DNA of 60,289 nucleotides, counting the filler, from Sphacelaria rigidula (lineage: Eukaryota), in NCBI GenBank assembly GCA_964200075.2. It is 6 parts of 6 records of this genome, joined end to end, with 100 filler letters (N's around TTAATTAATTAA, not from the genome) between each part and the next. Parts side by side here need not be neighbours in the genome. Positions count along the whole stretch, not along the records: positions 10,068 to 20,032 come from CAXNAA020007398.1; positions 20,133 to 30,097 come from CAXNAA020007399.1; 4 more parts are not named here. One strand, 5' to 3'. The first letter of the stretch is position 1. Every line of letters starts with the position of its first letter. Below, in pieces: positions 10,481-22,066 of this stretch. A model generated the notes under the pieces. That model was given only the letters and a program-made list of their open reading frames with translations. It was not told the DNA's origin and searched no databases. The position numbers were made by a program, and so were the translations under genes.

Positions 10481-13263
10481 CGGGTTTCGGTTCCCACACT
10501 ATAACCAAGTCGGACCAACAAACCCCGACGAAGTGGTGAACTCCACTGGAAACGATGATGGTTGTGTGCGACATCAATAGGCAGACAAGTGGTCCTTGCT
10601 CATATGCAAACGAACTGCCAGACAACATTCATGGGCACATAATCTCCCCTCCTTGGAGAAAAAAAAGGGGGGGGGGGGGGGGGGGGGGGGGGTTCCATTC
10701 TGGTTTTCATCCTGGCTTTGTCCCAGTTGCCCACACAAATCTTTGAGAGGGNNNNNNNNCGTTGCTTGCCTTAGTCATTTGACCATTGACCACACATCAC
10801 TTTCGAGACGGAGCACCGTTCCTACTCCTAATAGAGCCAACTTCAACATTCCGGCGGGGGGTGGGGCAGACGATAGGTCAATATATACTGTAAAACACCG
10901 GCTAGACTAAAATACTGACGACTCTACAATTGCGCCCAGACTCATTAGTTTATTTGGGGCAGGAGCCTCAGCTAGATTTCTCAGCCATGGAATGATTCGT
11001 CCAAAGTTTCACCGAACTTAAAACAAAACGCCGGCTCTTGGCTTCCTACTGGGAGCCCGTTTCATCAGCGGAATCCCTTTGGTTCATTTTGTTGGGGACA
11101 CTAGTGATACGGTGTAGTCGTGCAGACAGCGTGGGATACTGCTCCACATATCCGGTACTAAGTCGTAGTTCGACGTTTTGCCCACGAACACTTCTGTTCG
11201 TTGTCTTCCCTTTTTTTCTCTCTCCCTGCCGACTTATGCTGCCCCTTCGGTTCAATGTACTGTGCTTGCTCTCACTTTTTTTACTCTACATTTCTCGAGT
11301 TACCTCCAACGCGTTTTTCCATTTCAGTTCACCTTGTGATCACGGCTGGATCATGACTCGTAGCGGGTCAATACATGTTGTCGTTACTATCAATGCGCGA
11401 CCATCAATGATCGAAAACATGCCTACAAATCCGTCGAAACCCGCCTCAAGCTATCCCTCGCACGAAATTATCGGCTCACGAACACAAACCGTCGATTAGA
11501 CATCAGTCTAAGCGTCGATGTCCCCGCAATCCTAAAACAACGGTTATACACGGCAACCTTGCATCTCCCGGCGACAAACCATGAGTATAACACGACGAAA
11601 CAAACTGATCGAACAACAGCCAACTGCAACAAAAAATAGCCATACTCTCTGGCCATACGTCTCATGGCTGCAGCTCTAATTGGCCAACACTACGGTGGTC
11701 GGTCAACGCTGCCGTGTCCTTGGGCACGCTGGACTGTTCCAAGCCAGCTAACATTGTCTTGAAATTACACGGATGGCCGCTGGTACACGTTATCCATATT
11801 CCATCACGTCCGTAGGATCTGGGATGTTCTGGATGAGTACAACACTATGCGTACAGCGTGGATCATGGATCACGATGGAAAGACATGCGTTGTCAGCCTG
11901 ATTTCGCCTTGTGCAAGGGTAGTAAAGCCGGCAATATCTAGGGACATTCGCTTTGCAATCCAATTCACGCTGTACCCGCGTTGTTCGACGCATCCAGAAC
12001 CTGTGGATGTTGGGAAATGTAGATAACGTGTACCAGCGGCCACCCGTGTACCATGGCTCTGCTCCTGTGGGTTGCCTAGTGGTGGCTGCCAACTTACTAT
12101 TACTTCCCATAACAAATTGGTGCATTTCTCAGACCCGCAATGACACAAAGCTGTCTCAGATCCGCAGAGAGAGTAATCGAGGGGGCGTCGGGGGTGGGTG
12201 GGGCGGGTGGGGGGGGGTGCACTCATTTGTTGTTTGCCGGAGTCATTTGACCATTGGCCACGCATCCCTTACGAGACGGAGCACGGTGGGGGGGTGGTAC
12301 TGATGGTCTTGCATGCCGTAGTCATTTGACCATTAACCTCGCATCCCTACAAAGCCGGGAAGGAGCACGCCGGGTTCTCGCCGGACCAGGCTCGTAATCA
12401 CTCGCCAAGCGCGAAGCGCCGTGGTATATTCAGCGAGTCGTATACGGGATGAGCTTCATCCTACTGTGATTGTTTGACCCAAAGCTTGCTGATTATCTTG
12501 CACTCAGATGACAGCCTCCGATGAGTTGTTTCATTTTCTGGTATCGCCACTTCCAGAGACAGCCATGGCTTGTACACTGCCTCATGGGTGTCTCACCATT
12601 TAAACACTAAGTGGTTTGATCATCCCTCTTCCCTTTGCGCGGGATTGAGGTTCTCCCACCCCGCACAATATGATCTAGCTCGACCACCATGACGTCATGA
12701 CGTTATCATGCTTACAGACAAAAAATCGCAAGCGCGCGAACAAAATGGTAACTTGGTTGCCTAGCTTACGTAGTGAGTGGCGTGTTCTACAGCGTCATTG
12801 CCAACCGACGCCAACCCCATATGGAGTCGGGGGGGGCGGGGGGAGTGAAGGGGGAGGGGGAGGGAAAGGACGCGCGTACTCATTTGTTGCTTGCCTGAGT
12901 AGTTTGACCGTTGACCACGCATCCCTTTTGAGACGAAGAGCCGTTCTTTTAGCGGAAGGGGAGGGGGCGAGGGGGCTACTTCTCATCCAAGTCTGTGGCC
13001 TAATAGGGTTCCAATGTCTTACCTGGTTTATCACGACACGTCTTTGCTGACAATCTTCCATCTTATCCCTGTGGACGAGGCCGTTTCTAAGGCACCATTT
13101 CTCACCTAACCCCAAAACTTCACTCGGCGCTTCTCGTCAACCTGTTTCGCACCAGCCGGCCGGTGCTGTACATGAACCGCAAAAGCAAAAGAATACAATC
13201 AGCGACAGAAAGAAAGCAACGAAAAGCAACGACAACTGAAAAATCAAGAGCCACAACAGTCAC

Positions 13264-15460
13264 CTCCTCATTCACGGCTCCAGGTGTCCCGTACTTGGGC
13301 GCTCCCAAGATTTTCCGAAACGCCTCTTCCGCTTCTGTTTCACCTCTGCACAGAAAAACGCTCCCGCTTGCACACCCACGGGCTGGCTTGACCACCGACA
13401 TCACATCCCCGCATTCACTACTGTCTAAGATCCCAGCACCTATTCTTCCGCTTCCTCGTTCGTTGGTCGTTGCTGATGATGGTGTGTTTGGGACTTGGTC
13501 GGTACTTTCGCGGTGTTGGTTAGACGTGGTGTCTCCAGTTGAAGCAGATGGCGATGTTGATGATGTCGGCGGTGACGAGAATGATGGCAACGGTGATGGC
13601 GATGATCGTGGACTTCGCCTGAGAGAAGACAAAAAGTCTCGCGCCTCCGACCACTTCCCCGTCTTGACTTGTCGGACGGCATTCAGACCCGCTTCCCGCA
13701 GCGCTTCGTTCATGAGAAACTTGTCCCGACGGGCTTCATTTATACCGCCGAAACGAGGGCCGAGCAGCGCCGCTTGGAGACGCTCTGACGGCCATAGCGA
13801 ACACGTGGAAGATTCGTCAAGATGAGCAGGTGGCGGGGGCAGAGAGGACAGGGGTCACCGTGTGGCTGTCTGGAAAAATATCCATAGACACGTGGACGAA
13901 AACAATGCCCCGTTGAAAGGGCGCAATGGACAGGAAAGCAGGGTAACAAGGCGTTGATCACATGCACAGCCGCGGAGCGGGAATACGACTATTGCGTAGG
14001 TATGGTACAGGGGGGATGGCGTATACTGCATGCGTAGCCAGGGGGCGTGGCGAGCGTGAACCAACCACCCATGCGGAGTGGGAAAACATACCCCCAAAAG
14101 ACGACGTGTCGACCGAGTGCACGGTATCGATATCAGCCGCACGTCCAGTACAGTGCAGGATACAGCAGCAGCCGCATCAGCTGCTGCTGCTGCTCTACTG
14201 CCGCTTTAACTAACAAACGTCAAGGACATACCAGCGGTGGCAAGCCCAGCATCGCTTTCGCACAGCACAGCCACCGGCGGAAAGGGCAGACAAGCGACCC
14301 ACTCGGCCTCTCGCCCGGCCGTTGGTGCGCGGAAAATCTCGGCGCCGGTGCCCTTCATGACCACGCACAACATGTGCTCCGACAATACCTATGGTTTAGA
14401 TTAAACCAGTGGTTTTGTGTATTTTCGGGACGCGCGTGGGATGAGTAAAGCGCGTTGCTACAGCGAGCGCATTGTGCTACTGATGCGGAGCCCACAAGGG
14501 TTGCTACGTAACATATGCTCGAGCCTTTTTTCAGTTTGCAGAAGTACCGCAGATGAGCTCCTTGTCCGAATGTCCAAATGGCGGAAGTGTTCATATATCA
14601 ACGCGCTCCGTCGGCCTATCTTGGTGGTTTGCATTGAATGCAGTCGGTCGTGGACGCCGATTACATGATAGTTGCGGGCGAACCCTTTGACTACCGGGGG
14701 ATTTATTTATGATCTTACACTCCACTGCGGACGTTTTCTGACTTTTATTTTCATGATCGTGTGTGCACTTGAATAAAAACCATATTCCCAAATACTCGCC
14801 AGTAAACTATTGAACTCGAAATCTCGATGCTTCTGTCCTATGTCAGCTGATCAACTAATCGGTGCATTGATCGTCGCACACTAACTGATCCGCTTCGACT
14901 GCTGCCGTGGTCACAAGCTTCACGGTTGCTATCTCTCCTTCCACTGACCTGTTCCTACTGGCCGCGAAGCCTTCGTTGCGCAGCTTGTGAAACAAGCAAA
15001 AACCACGCCGTTAGAGGTAGTTGTGTGCTGTTTGTTGCACCTCCTTCAGGCGTGAGACGCAACGTTTTGGTCGGGCAAAGACGTAAATGAAACAAACCAC
15101 GACTTGGTTCTCAACGCCTTCTGTTTATTTCGAACCACTACGACAAAGGAACTGCACAGGATATGTCCTGGAAATTAGTGGCTTCGCGTATGCTCTATGC
15201 GTCATCCTACACGCTGTTTGCCCGAGCATGTGACCTTCTCACGCATTCACTGGTTGGCTTGCTTGCCTTTACCACCGCGTACCCAGCGTCCGTCAACCTC
15301 TTCTCGCACTTGATGCCGAGGTAATCGCAAAATGGGTCAACGATGATCACGCCCGCCGCCGGTGCCTCCGCCTGTCCCTCTTCGAACGCCGTCATGCCGC
15401 TCCAAATAGGGAACGGCTCACCGTCGTCTTCTGCTTCGTCGTCTTCTGTCTCTGTCGCAT
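13264..15460 (-). CDS. ATP-grasp domain (carboxylate-amine / amino-acid ligase-like) protein, internal exons 15267-15460, 14232-14388, 13264-13784
   Basis: The exons join in phase. Motifs are VIIVDPFCDYLG, AVLCESDAGLATAERL, ARRDKFLMNEALREAGL..VRQ and VVKPARGCASGSVFLC...EAEEAFRKILG...NEE, the usual order of ATP-grasp A and B subdomains. The first intron uses a GC donor (AAG/gcaagc). The 5' boundary is uncertain and C-terminal exons were not found in the contig. Confidence 0.8.
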
Positions 15461-16049
15461 CTGGAACGAAGTCGGGAAGAAAAGGGACGAGCCTGGCTGT
15501 GTTGTTACGCAGGCCAAGGCCTCGCCCGAAGAAGATTTGTTTGCCGGGAACAAAAATGCGAAGGGCGCGTCTTGTGCGTCGCGTTGTAAAATATATTTCC
15601 CTTGCAGATTTGGATATCTACCTTGGACAAAAAACAGTGGTGTTCCTGCTGAGGTTGAGCGCGAAGCAGGCGGAACGTAATTCAAGATCTGCGCGGTACG
15701 CCAGGACATGAAAACTTGCTAGATCCGTCATTACCAGCGATATTGTTATGTGTTGAAGAAGATTCCCACGATGCACAACAGCGTCTCTCCCCCCCCCCCC
15801 CGTCTCATTCGCTCCTGTCATCCAGATGCAAGATAATCAGTACGTTTCGGGCCGAACAATCTAAGCAGGATGCAGGTGATCCGTCCTGCGACTCGCCGAA
15901 CATATCACGGTGCTTCGCGCTTGGTAACTGCGAACCTGGTCCGGCGAAAAACCGGCGTGCTCCGTCCCGGCTTCGTAAGGATGCGAGGTCAATGGTCATA
16001 TGACAACTGCATGCGACATCATGAATACCCTAACCCCCCACTCCCCTCT

Positions 16050-16290
16050 TTTTTGATGAATTAGACAGTAGGGAGAAAACAATGGCTATACTAGGAGATA
16101 GATGGTGACCACAGCGATGAAATAGGCCCGGGATACAATATGTAAAAGGTTTTTGTTCAAGGTATGGAAGAGACGCAACGAGCGCCGAAATGTTGGAGGT
16201 GTCTCTATTAGGAGTAGGAACGGTGCTCCGTGTCGAAAGGGATGCGTGGTCAACGGGTCAAACGACTAAGGCAAGCAACAAATGAGTAGG
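16050..16290 (+). mobile_element. LINE 3' fragment
   Basis: Matches 41400-41672 (ATACTAGGAGATAGATGGTG...AATGTTGGAGGTGTCTCTATTAGGAGTAGGAACGG...GCAAGCAACAAATGAGTA plus a C-run). Confidence 0.8.
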
Positions 16291-19200
16291 CCCCCCGCCC
16301 CTCTCCGAATTCGGCTCGTGTGAGAGAGTGGTGTGTCGCGCAATTTTGTACACATGTGTCAACGTGCCCTCCCTTGATTTTGGTGGAATAAAAAGGCCGT
16401 CCAGCGTTGCTACAACGCACGCCCGAGGGCATGTATTATCGATACGCGTGAACCCCGTTTGCCAAATCGGTTATTAATCAGAATTTTGCCTGCACCGACC
16501 AGTTGAAGCGTTTTCGAAAAGACGGGTTCTTGTCCGGATCGAAGCCCGGGCTTACACACGATTCGGCGGTTCTCGCAGTGGTCGGAGGTCCAACATCTCA
16601 GTGCTGGTACAAACAAGTCGCAACAAGGCAACACAACACCTACACACCCAGCCACCAATAAGCGCGCGCAGACATCCACCACTCACGCGCATTAGCTCTA
16701 TCGCTAGCCGTTGCTCATCTACACGCAACGGTCTTTGTTTGATGAAACACTTTCGGTGTGTGAAACGGAGGGCGGCCGCGTGCGTATTATCTACGTTTGC
16801 TTACCCTTTGTATGACTGTGTTAGGCGGATATGTGACACAAATCATTGCTCCCCAATTTAATTATGAACAGGGTTGACCAGAACGAAGCGTAACGTGCTC
16901 AGCTAATCCACAGCTGCGGCTCGAGCCGTTTATTGCTGATTCGCGAAGGCAATGGAGGGTCTCAGGTCCGTGCACGGTTGTGCTGGGTTGTGTGTCGCAC
17001 CCTTGCATGCACCCCCGCGGTTGATGCGTTTATGTTTCCCTCGGAGGAATCTCATTGCCGACACCCGCGGACAAATTTGAGAAATTCAAGAGTGAGGTTT
17101 CAGACTCGGTTCGCCCAGAACAGTTTTTTTTGCTGGTATTCTTGGGGGGTGGCATCACACCGACTAATCAACGGGAATCGAAACAAAATCACCAGGCATC
17201 ATCACCGTAACAGATTTGGGGAAAATCAATGTTCCTGCCTCGATATGACGGGCCTTTATCGCGTACGATTACAGTACGTTTTAATGCAAGGTGCGGGGAC
17301 GAAAACACCGTGTGGAGCTGGGCACTGGTGCAACGATGATCGGCCGATCAGTTGATTGTCGCTTCATTGACTGGTCCGTCATGACTCCAGCCGCGGCCAC
17401 AAGGTACACTTACCCGAGCCCAACAGTCGACAAAACTCACTCACACGGGCAGTCGAAAAAGAAGAGGGATGGATGAGGAAGAAGAGGGAGAATGAAGAGA
17501 GTGAGCTTGCAAACAAAAAACAAGGGAAATATAGGAAAGTACAGGAAAAACAAAATCCCGCCGAGCTCATTAATTGATCTCAATGCACCGGTCCAGAGAA
17601 AATGAACAGAACGACGCGCCTCTGTCTCGTGGCTTCGGGTAAAGGCTGAACGCCCTCAAAAATTGGGTCAGTGATGAAAAGCGACGACTTCGGTTTGGTG
17701 CAAGTCCGCTCATTTTGCGCGGCGTTGGTCTGAGCGGATTCGCGAGTGCACAAAGAGAGAATGCGGTGGACGTAAGCAACCACCCACAAATAGCACCCCC
17801 AGCCTCGAAGTTGTCCACGCGGTGATCGCGAGACACATTGCATCCGATACAGCGAACGATACCACATGCTGTAGTTCTCGATCAGATCATTAGCTATGTG
17901 CTTGGTGTTGTGTCAATCGATCACGAACTGAAGCAGAAGTGTCTGTTTTTGAGACAATTTCTTCGCTTCAAACCAACGTTTTCTGAAACAAAAATTGCGA
18001 CAAACTTCCACGCAGATTGGCCATGGCGCTGCTCGCCCACTATTGGACCAACGCCACCGACAAGAAAAAGCGTAGCACTGCGGTAGACTGTGGCTGCCTC
18101 TGAAGGTGTCAGCTGTTGACCGTGAGTATCTATAGGTGCCGGAGAAATGCGTTGTAACGTCGAGCACACGTTTCCAATTGGCACATCACGACCTAAGGAC
18201 CTCATTTATCGATCGCTTGGGCAGTTTTAGGCGCCGTTTTCTCACACGAAAAGGCTGAGATGACTGTTTTGGGCCTTTCCGGTAGAAAGCGTAGAAACAA
18301 GGAGAATAAAGTAGAGCAATGGGTAATGTAGATTTACGAGATCGGATTCACTCAACTTCGCCGTTTATTCTGGCTGGCGAAAGAAATTTGTAACGACACG
18401 CCCAAATGTCGAGTCTTCCTGTATGGCGGGTGATTTGGGTGTGAAATGTTACGTTTCGCCCGATCAGTGATATGACATTTTTCCTATCTTATGAGAGGAT
18501 AATCCACTCGAACCGAAATATCTCATATTACTTCAGAAGTACTTTTTTCCCCCGGAAAATTCGGGGGATCTCAGCCTGAGTTCAACCCTGTATTCGAACC
18601 CAGGCGTGGGCATTTAAGGAGGCGTTTGGTGGCTGTATTGACGGTTAATACTGCCTTGCCTTCTGCGTCGTCATCGCGGGATCAATTGGGTGCACAACTC
18701 AGTGTGAATCGAGAGAGGGACGAAGCTCGCGCAAGCCATGTATTGCCAACGTTGTGGTCGTTCAGATAAGCAGCCTTGTTTCGCCCACAACAAAATCGCG
18801 GGCGTCGAAATATGCACACAAACGTGAGTCGAGTCGCGTGTACGGCCGTGATGGTTAACACCACGCGACATTGTTTATATACAGTTCCTGCCGTTTCTGG
18901 ATATAAATCATGCGACAACAGCAATTGCACGGAGTTCCTGGTACTGTGTCGACGTGTGGGCAGGAAGAGTGCCGTCCAACCAAGCTGACTTTGGCCAGAC
19001 CGCTGTCGTGCCCAGAGGCACGAATAAAACACGATGAGGCGAGTTTTGGAGTTATTGAACCTTATTTCTCGTGTAGCGTCTTTCAGCACGAGTGATGTGT
19101 GTTGACACAGCCAACCAGTTCACGATAACATGAAAATACAATGAAATTGGTTCACGTGATCTGGGAAATCCCATAAATACCCGAGTTACTCGAGAGATTG

Positions 19201-19789
19201 AACCGGATAATTTTTAGATGCCCTGCCACAAGAGAGGGTGAAGTCCAGCAACAAATCAAAACACGATCGTGGAAGCCAGTCGCGACTGAAACGTGCTGCT
19301 GCTGTAACCGAGCAAAAGCGTACGAGTAGCAAGATCCAACAAATCGGCGATGCTGTTAACCATGAGATGAAACGGCGGTTTACATGGTAGGAGTAGCGGT
19401 CCCTCTCAACGAAGATTACGCTGCTCATGCGCTTAAACTACTGAAGCCATGGGGGCTTTCTTCCAACGTTCCTCGACACACGGAGTCGCACCAATTTCAA
19501 ACATTAGTAAAGCTTTAGCCCAGGGCGAAAATCTATGGTTTTGACAGGATGACTACTTGATTTAAAAGTGAAGAAAGTGTTGAGAGAAATTATGGTTTGG
19601 GGCAGGTGAACAGTAGACCCTGCTCGAGCAGAGCGTGTTTTTGTCCAAATCGGTGCCGGCGGCGTCGATTTGAGGTCTGCCAACGCACAATTTGCCTAGG
19701 AGAACCTTTGCACCCGCCTTGCCTGAGGGTTCTCGTACGCTTTTGGTCGGGGTCAGGGTTACGATTAGTGTTACGTATTGTGTGTTGTG

Positions 19790-19885
19790 TGTGTTGTCGT
19801 CCCATCTATTCTGGACGCCGATCTACACCTTTCAATATATGTGAGCGCATCAGCCGAGGTCACACAGGAGGAAGATCACCACAGC
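19790..19885 (-). mobile_element. SINE body/3' fragment (same family as 4595-4948)
   Basis: GTGTGTTGTCGTCCCATCTATTCTGGACGCCG...CAGCCGAGGTCACACAGGA aligns by eye with 4596-4680. Confidence 0.65.
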
Positions 19886-19916
19886 AGCTTTTTCTTTTTC
19901 ATTCGTTTTCAGTAGC

Positions 19917-19997
19917 GCCCCGGTGGTGTAATGGTCCGACTGTCGCCGTTAGGGTGGAGAGAACGGGGGTTCGATTCCCGATGTTTTTTTTTTTTTT
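19917..19997 (+). ncRNA. tRNA-like Pol III unit (SINE head or tRNA pseudogene) followed by a T-run
   Basis: GCCCCGG-TGGTGTAATGG (A-box) ... GGGGGTTCGATTCCCG (B-box/T-arm) is followed by a long T-run. There is no 3' acceptor-stem strand, so it is not a functional tRNA. Confidence 0.55.
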
Positions 19998-20032
19998 CAA
20001 AATTTGTTATTTCAACCGTTGGAAGGGGGAGA

Positions 20033-20132
20033 NNNNNNNNNNNNNNNNNNNNNNNNNNNNNNNNNNNNNNNNNNNNTTAATTAATTAANNNNNNNNNNNN
20101 NNNNNNNNNNNNNNNNNNNNNNNNNNNNNNNN
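20033..20132. other. artificial contig-join linker
   Basis: N44-TTAATTAATTAA-N44. Confidence 0.97.
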
Positions 20133-20644
20133 ATTCACTGATTGACCGCTTTTCACTCTCAATCGTATCATCTACTCTCAATCTCACGAAAACACTGTTC
20201 ATTGTTGAACACCAACGGGATCGGTTCAACGACAAGGCGAGGTGATACACAAATCACAACACGTTTTGCAAATAGACACAGTCATTGTCTCGCATAACAC
20301 CTGTGCGTTCCACCGAGCGGCACATATGCATAGAACGGGATTGATTTCTCCCTGCACAACGAAAACAGCACACGGATAACACTCGTCGGCGGCTACTGCA
20401 ACAATACAGCATGACCCTCTGTATTGGTATGCTGCAAGATATTGTGAACGACTTCACCAAACGCCGAGATGCCTACGCAGCTCTCATCACAACATACTAA
20501 AACGCATGTCGTCTTCGTTTTTTTTGGGGGGGGGGAATTTCCCCTGAGCAAGCCATTTTCTCTTTTGTTCAGAAAGCGAACAGTTTATCCATTCATTGAG
20601 CCAGTGAGCGCTCACTGGCACACACACACACACACACACACACA

Positions 20645-21085
20645 ACACGGGATCTTACAAATTGGGGATGGATCTTTTATTGGGGATGAGAAACCCGAAG
20701 GATTGAAATCTTCGTGTCCACACCAAATCTTCGAAATATGGTTCCATTTGTTCACCTACTGATAGCTGTTGACAACTGCTACACGCCGTAGAAATTTGGA
20801 TTTCGATCACCGAAACGTTCAGGTCCCAGGTGAAAAACCAATCTCGGAACCATTTTGGCGTCCGTTTGGACACCCGGAATTCCCCATAATTGATTCTTCA
20901 CCTAGGACCCCAACATTTCGGTGATCGAAATCCAAATTTCTATGGCGTGTGGCAGTTGTCAGTAGCTATCAGTAGGTAAACAAATGGAACCAATTTTGAA
21001 GATTTGGTGCGGATACGAAGATTTTAATCCTCCGGGTTTCTCATCCCCAATAAATGATCCATCCCCAATTTGTAAGATCCCGTGT
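20645..21085. mobile_element. foldback/MITE element with inverted arms of about 190 bp
   Basis: ACACGGGATCTTACAAATTGGGGATGGATC... at 20645 is the reverse complement of ...GATCCATCCCCAATTTGTAAGATCCCGTGT ending at 21085. The arms stay alignable inward to about 20845/20890. Single-arm copies occur at about 23715-23870, 25692-25855 and 30071-30097. Confidence 0.85.
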
Positions 21086-21094
21086 AACACTCAC

Positions 21095-21551
21095 AGTTGG
21101 CGATGACCTTCTCCTGAGCACGGCCCGCAAAATCACGGTAGACTCGCATGAGAAACATGTCCTCATCGCCGCACTCTTCCTTCAGGGCCGTCACACGGTG
21201 GTTGCCATCGAGCACGCGACCCTTCGTCTCGCGCATAATTTCGGCCGTCAGCGGCTCGCCGTCGCGCACAGCTTCTCGCGGGATGATGATCGACGGGGCA
21301 AACTGGTCGAGCCACCCGGTCGCACGGATGGAGTCCACTACAGTCTGGACGCCTGCGTCGTTCACAGCACGAACCATCTGTGTGCATACGATGTTGCCAA
21401 GTTTCATCCGATACAGCCCAACAAAGTGTTCTTGGAGAATTTTCGGCATGCCATCGGGGGCAACCGTCGCCCAGGGCTGGTTGTTGCCACTCGCAGGCCC
21501 ATCTGCTGAGGCCGACGCTGGGGCAGCGGCAGTCTTACGGGAAGGCTTCGT
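21095..21551 (-). CDS. ParB/Sulfiredoxin-like N-terminal domain protein (internal exon, 152 aa)
   Basis: An open exon between ctgctag/ and /gtgagt encodes TKPSRK...QMVRAVNDAGVQTVVDSIRATGWLDQFAPSII...GRVLDGNHRVTALKE. R...V..SI...G..P.I and DGNHR..AL are the ParB/Srx signature. Confidence 0.75.
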
Positions 21552-22066
21552 CTAGCAGCAGCAGACAAATTTGCCGCACGTAAAGTATGCAGGGATGAAG
21601 TGGCTCGGTTTGTCAAAGGCAGATGAATTCAAAATGGGGTATTGGGGCACGCTGTTAACTTCGTGGTGTCCTCACGGACGATTGGAACTTCCGAGGGGGT
21701 CGGTAACTGCATGTTGGGTTTCAATGTATTTGAATCTCGAACAGAATGCAATTTTATATTGTTTGTTATCTACAAGCGTGATTTCAGAACCACGAACAAT
21801 TTTGGGTGGCATTGGAATGTCCAGAACAGTTTTTCGGGCAACTTGCAATAAGAAACAAATAAAGTTAAAACAAAAACTGCGTTAACGATTACAAAAAATT
21901 GGCAGATGCATGCAAAGGGTATCTCCCATTTCCGAACGTCAGCGCGGCCAGGAGATATCAAAACGACATATTCCCACGGCATCTTGAATCCAGGACCTCG
22001 GAGTGGTGTCAGGCCCAAATAATCTCACATTCAACACTCACCATGGTTCTCGCTGGCACAGCCTGA

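Noticed and set aside
13023-13141. Next ATP-grasp exon (cag/GTTGAC...CAG/gtaaga on minus strand)
   Set aside because: In the required phase it reads VDEKRRVKFWG* and lacks the expected VLVQE...G.EY motif.
13163-13825. 220-aa plus-strand ORF
   Set aside because: It is the antisense shadow of the ATP-grasp exon, which carries the recognisable motifs and splice sites.
19917-19983. Functional tRNA gene
   Set aside because: There is no 3' acceptor-stem complement and the anticodon arm is poor.
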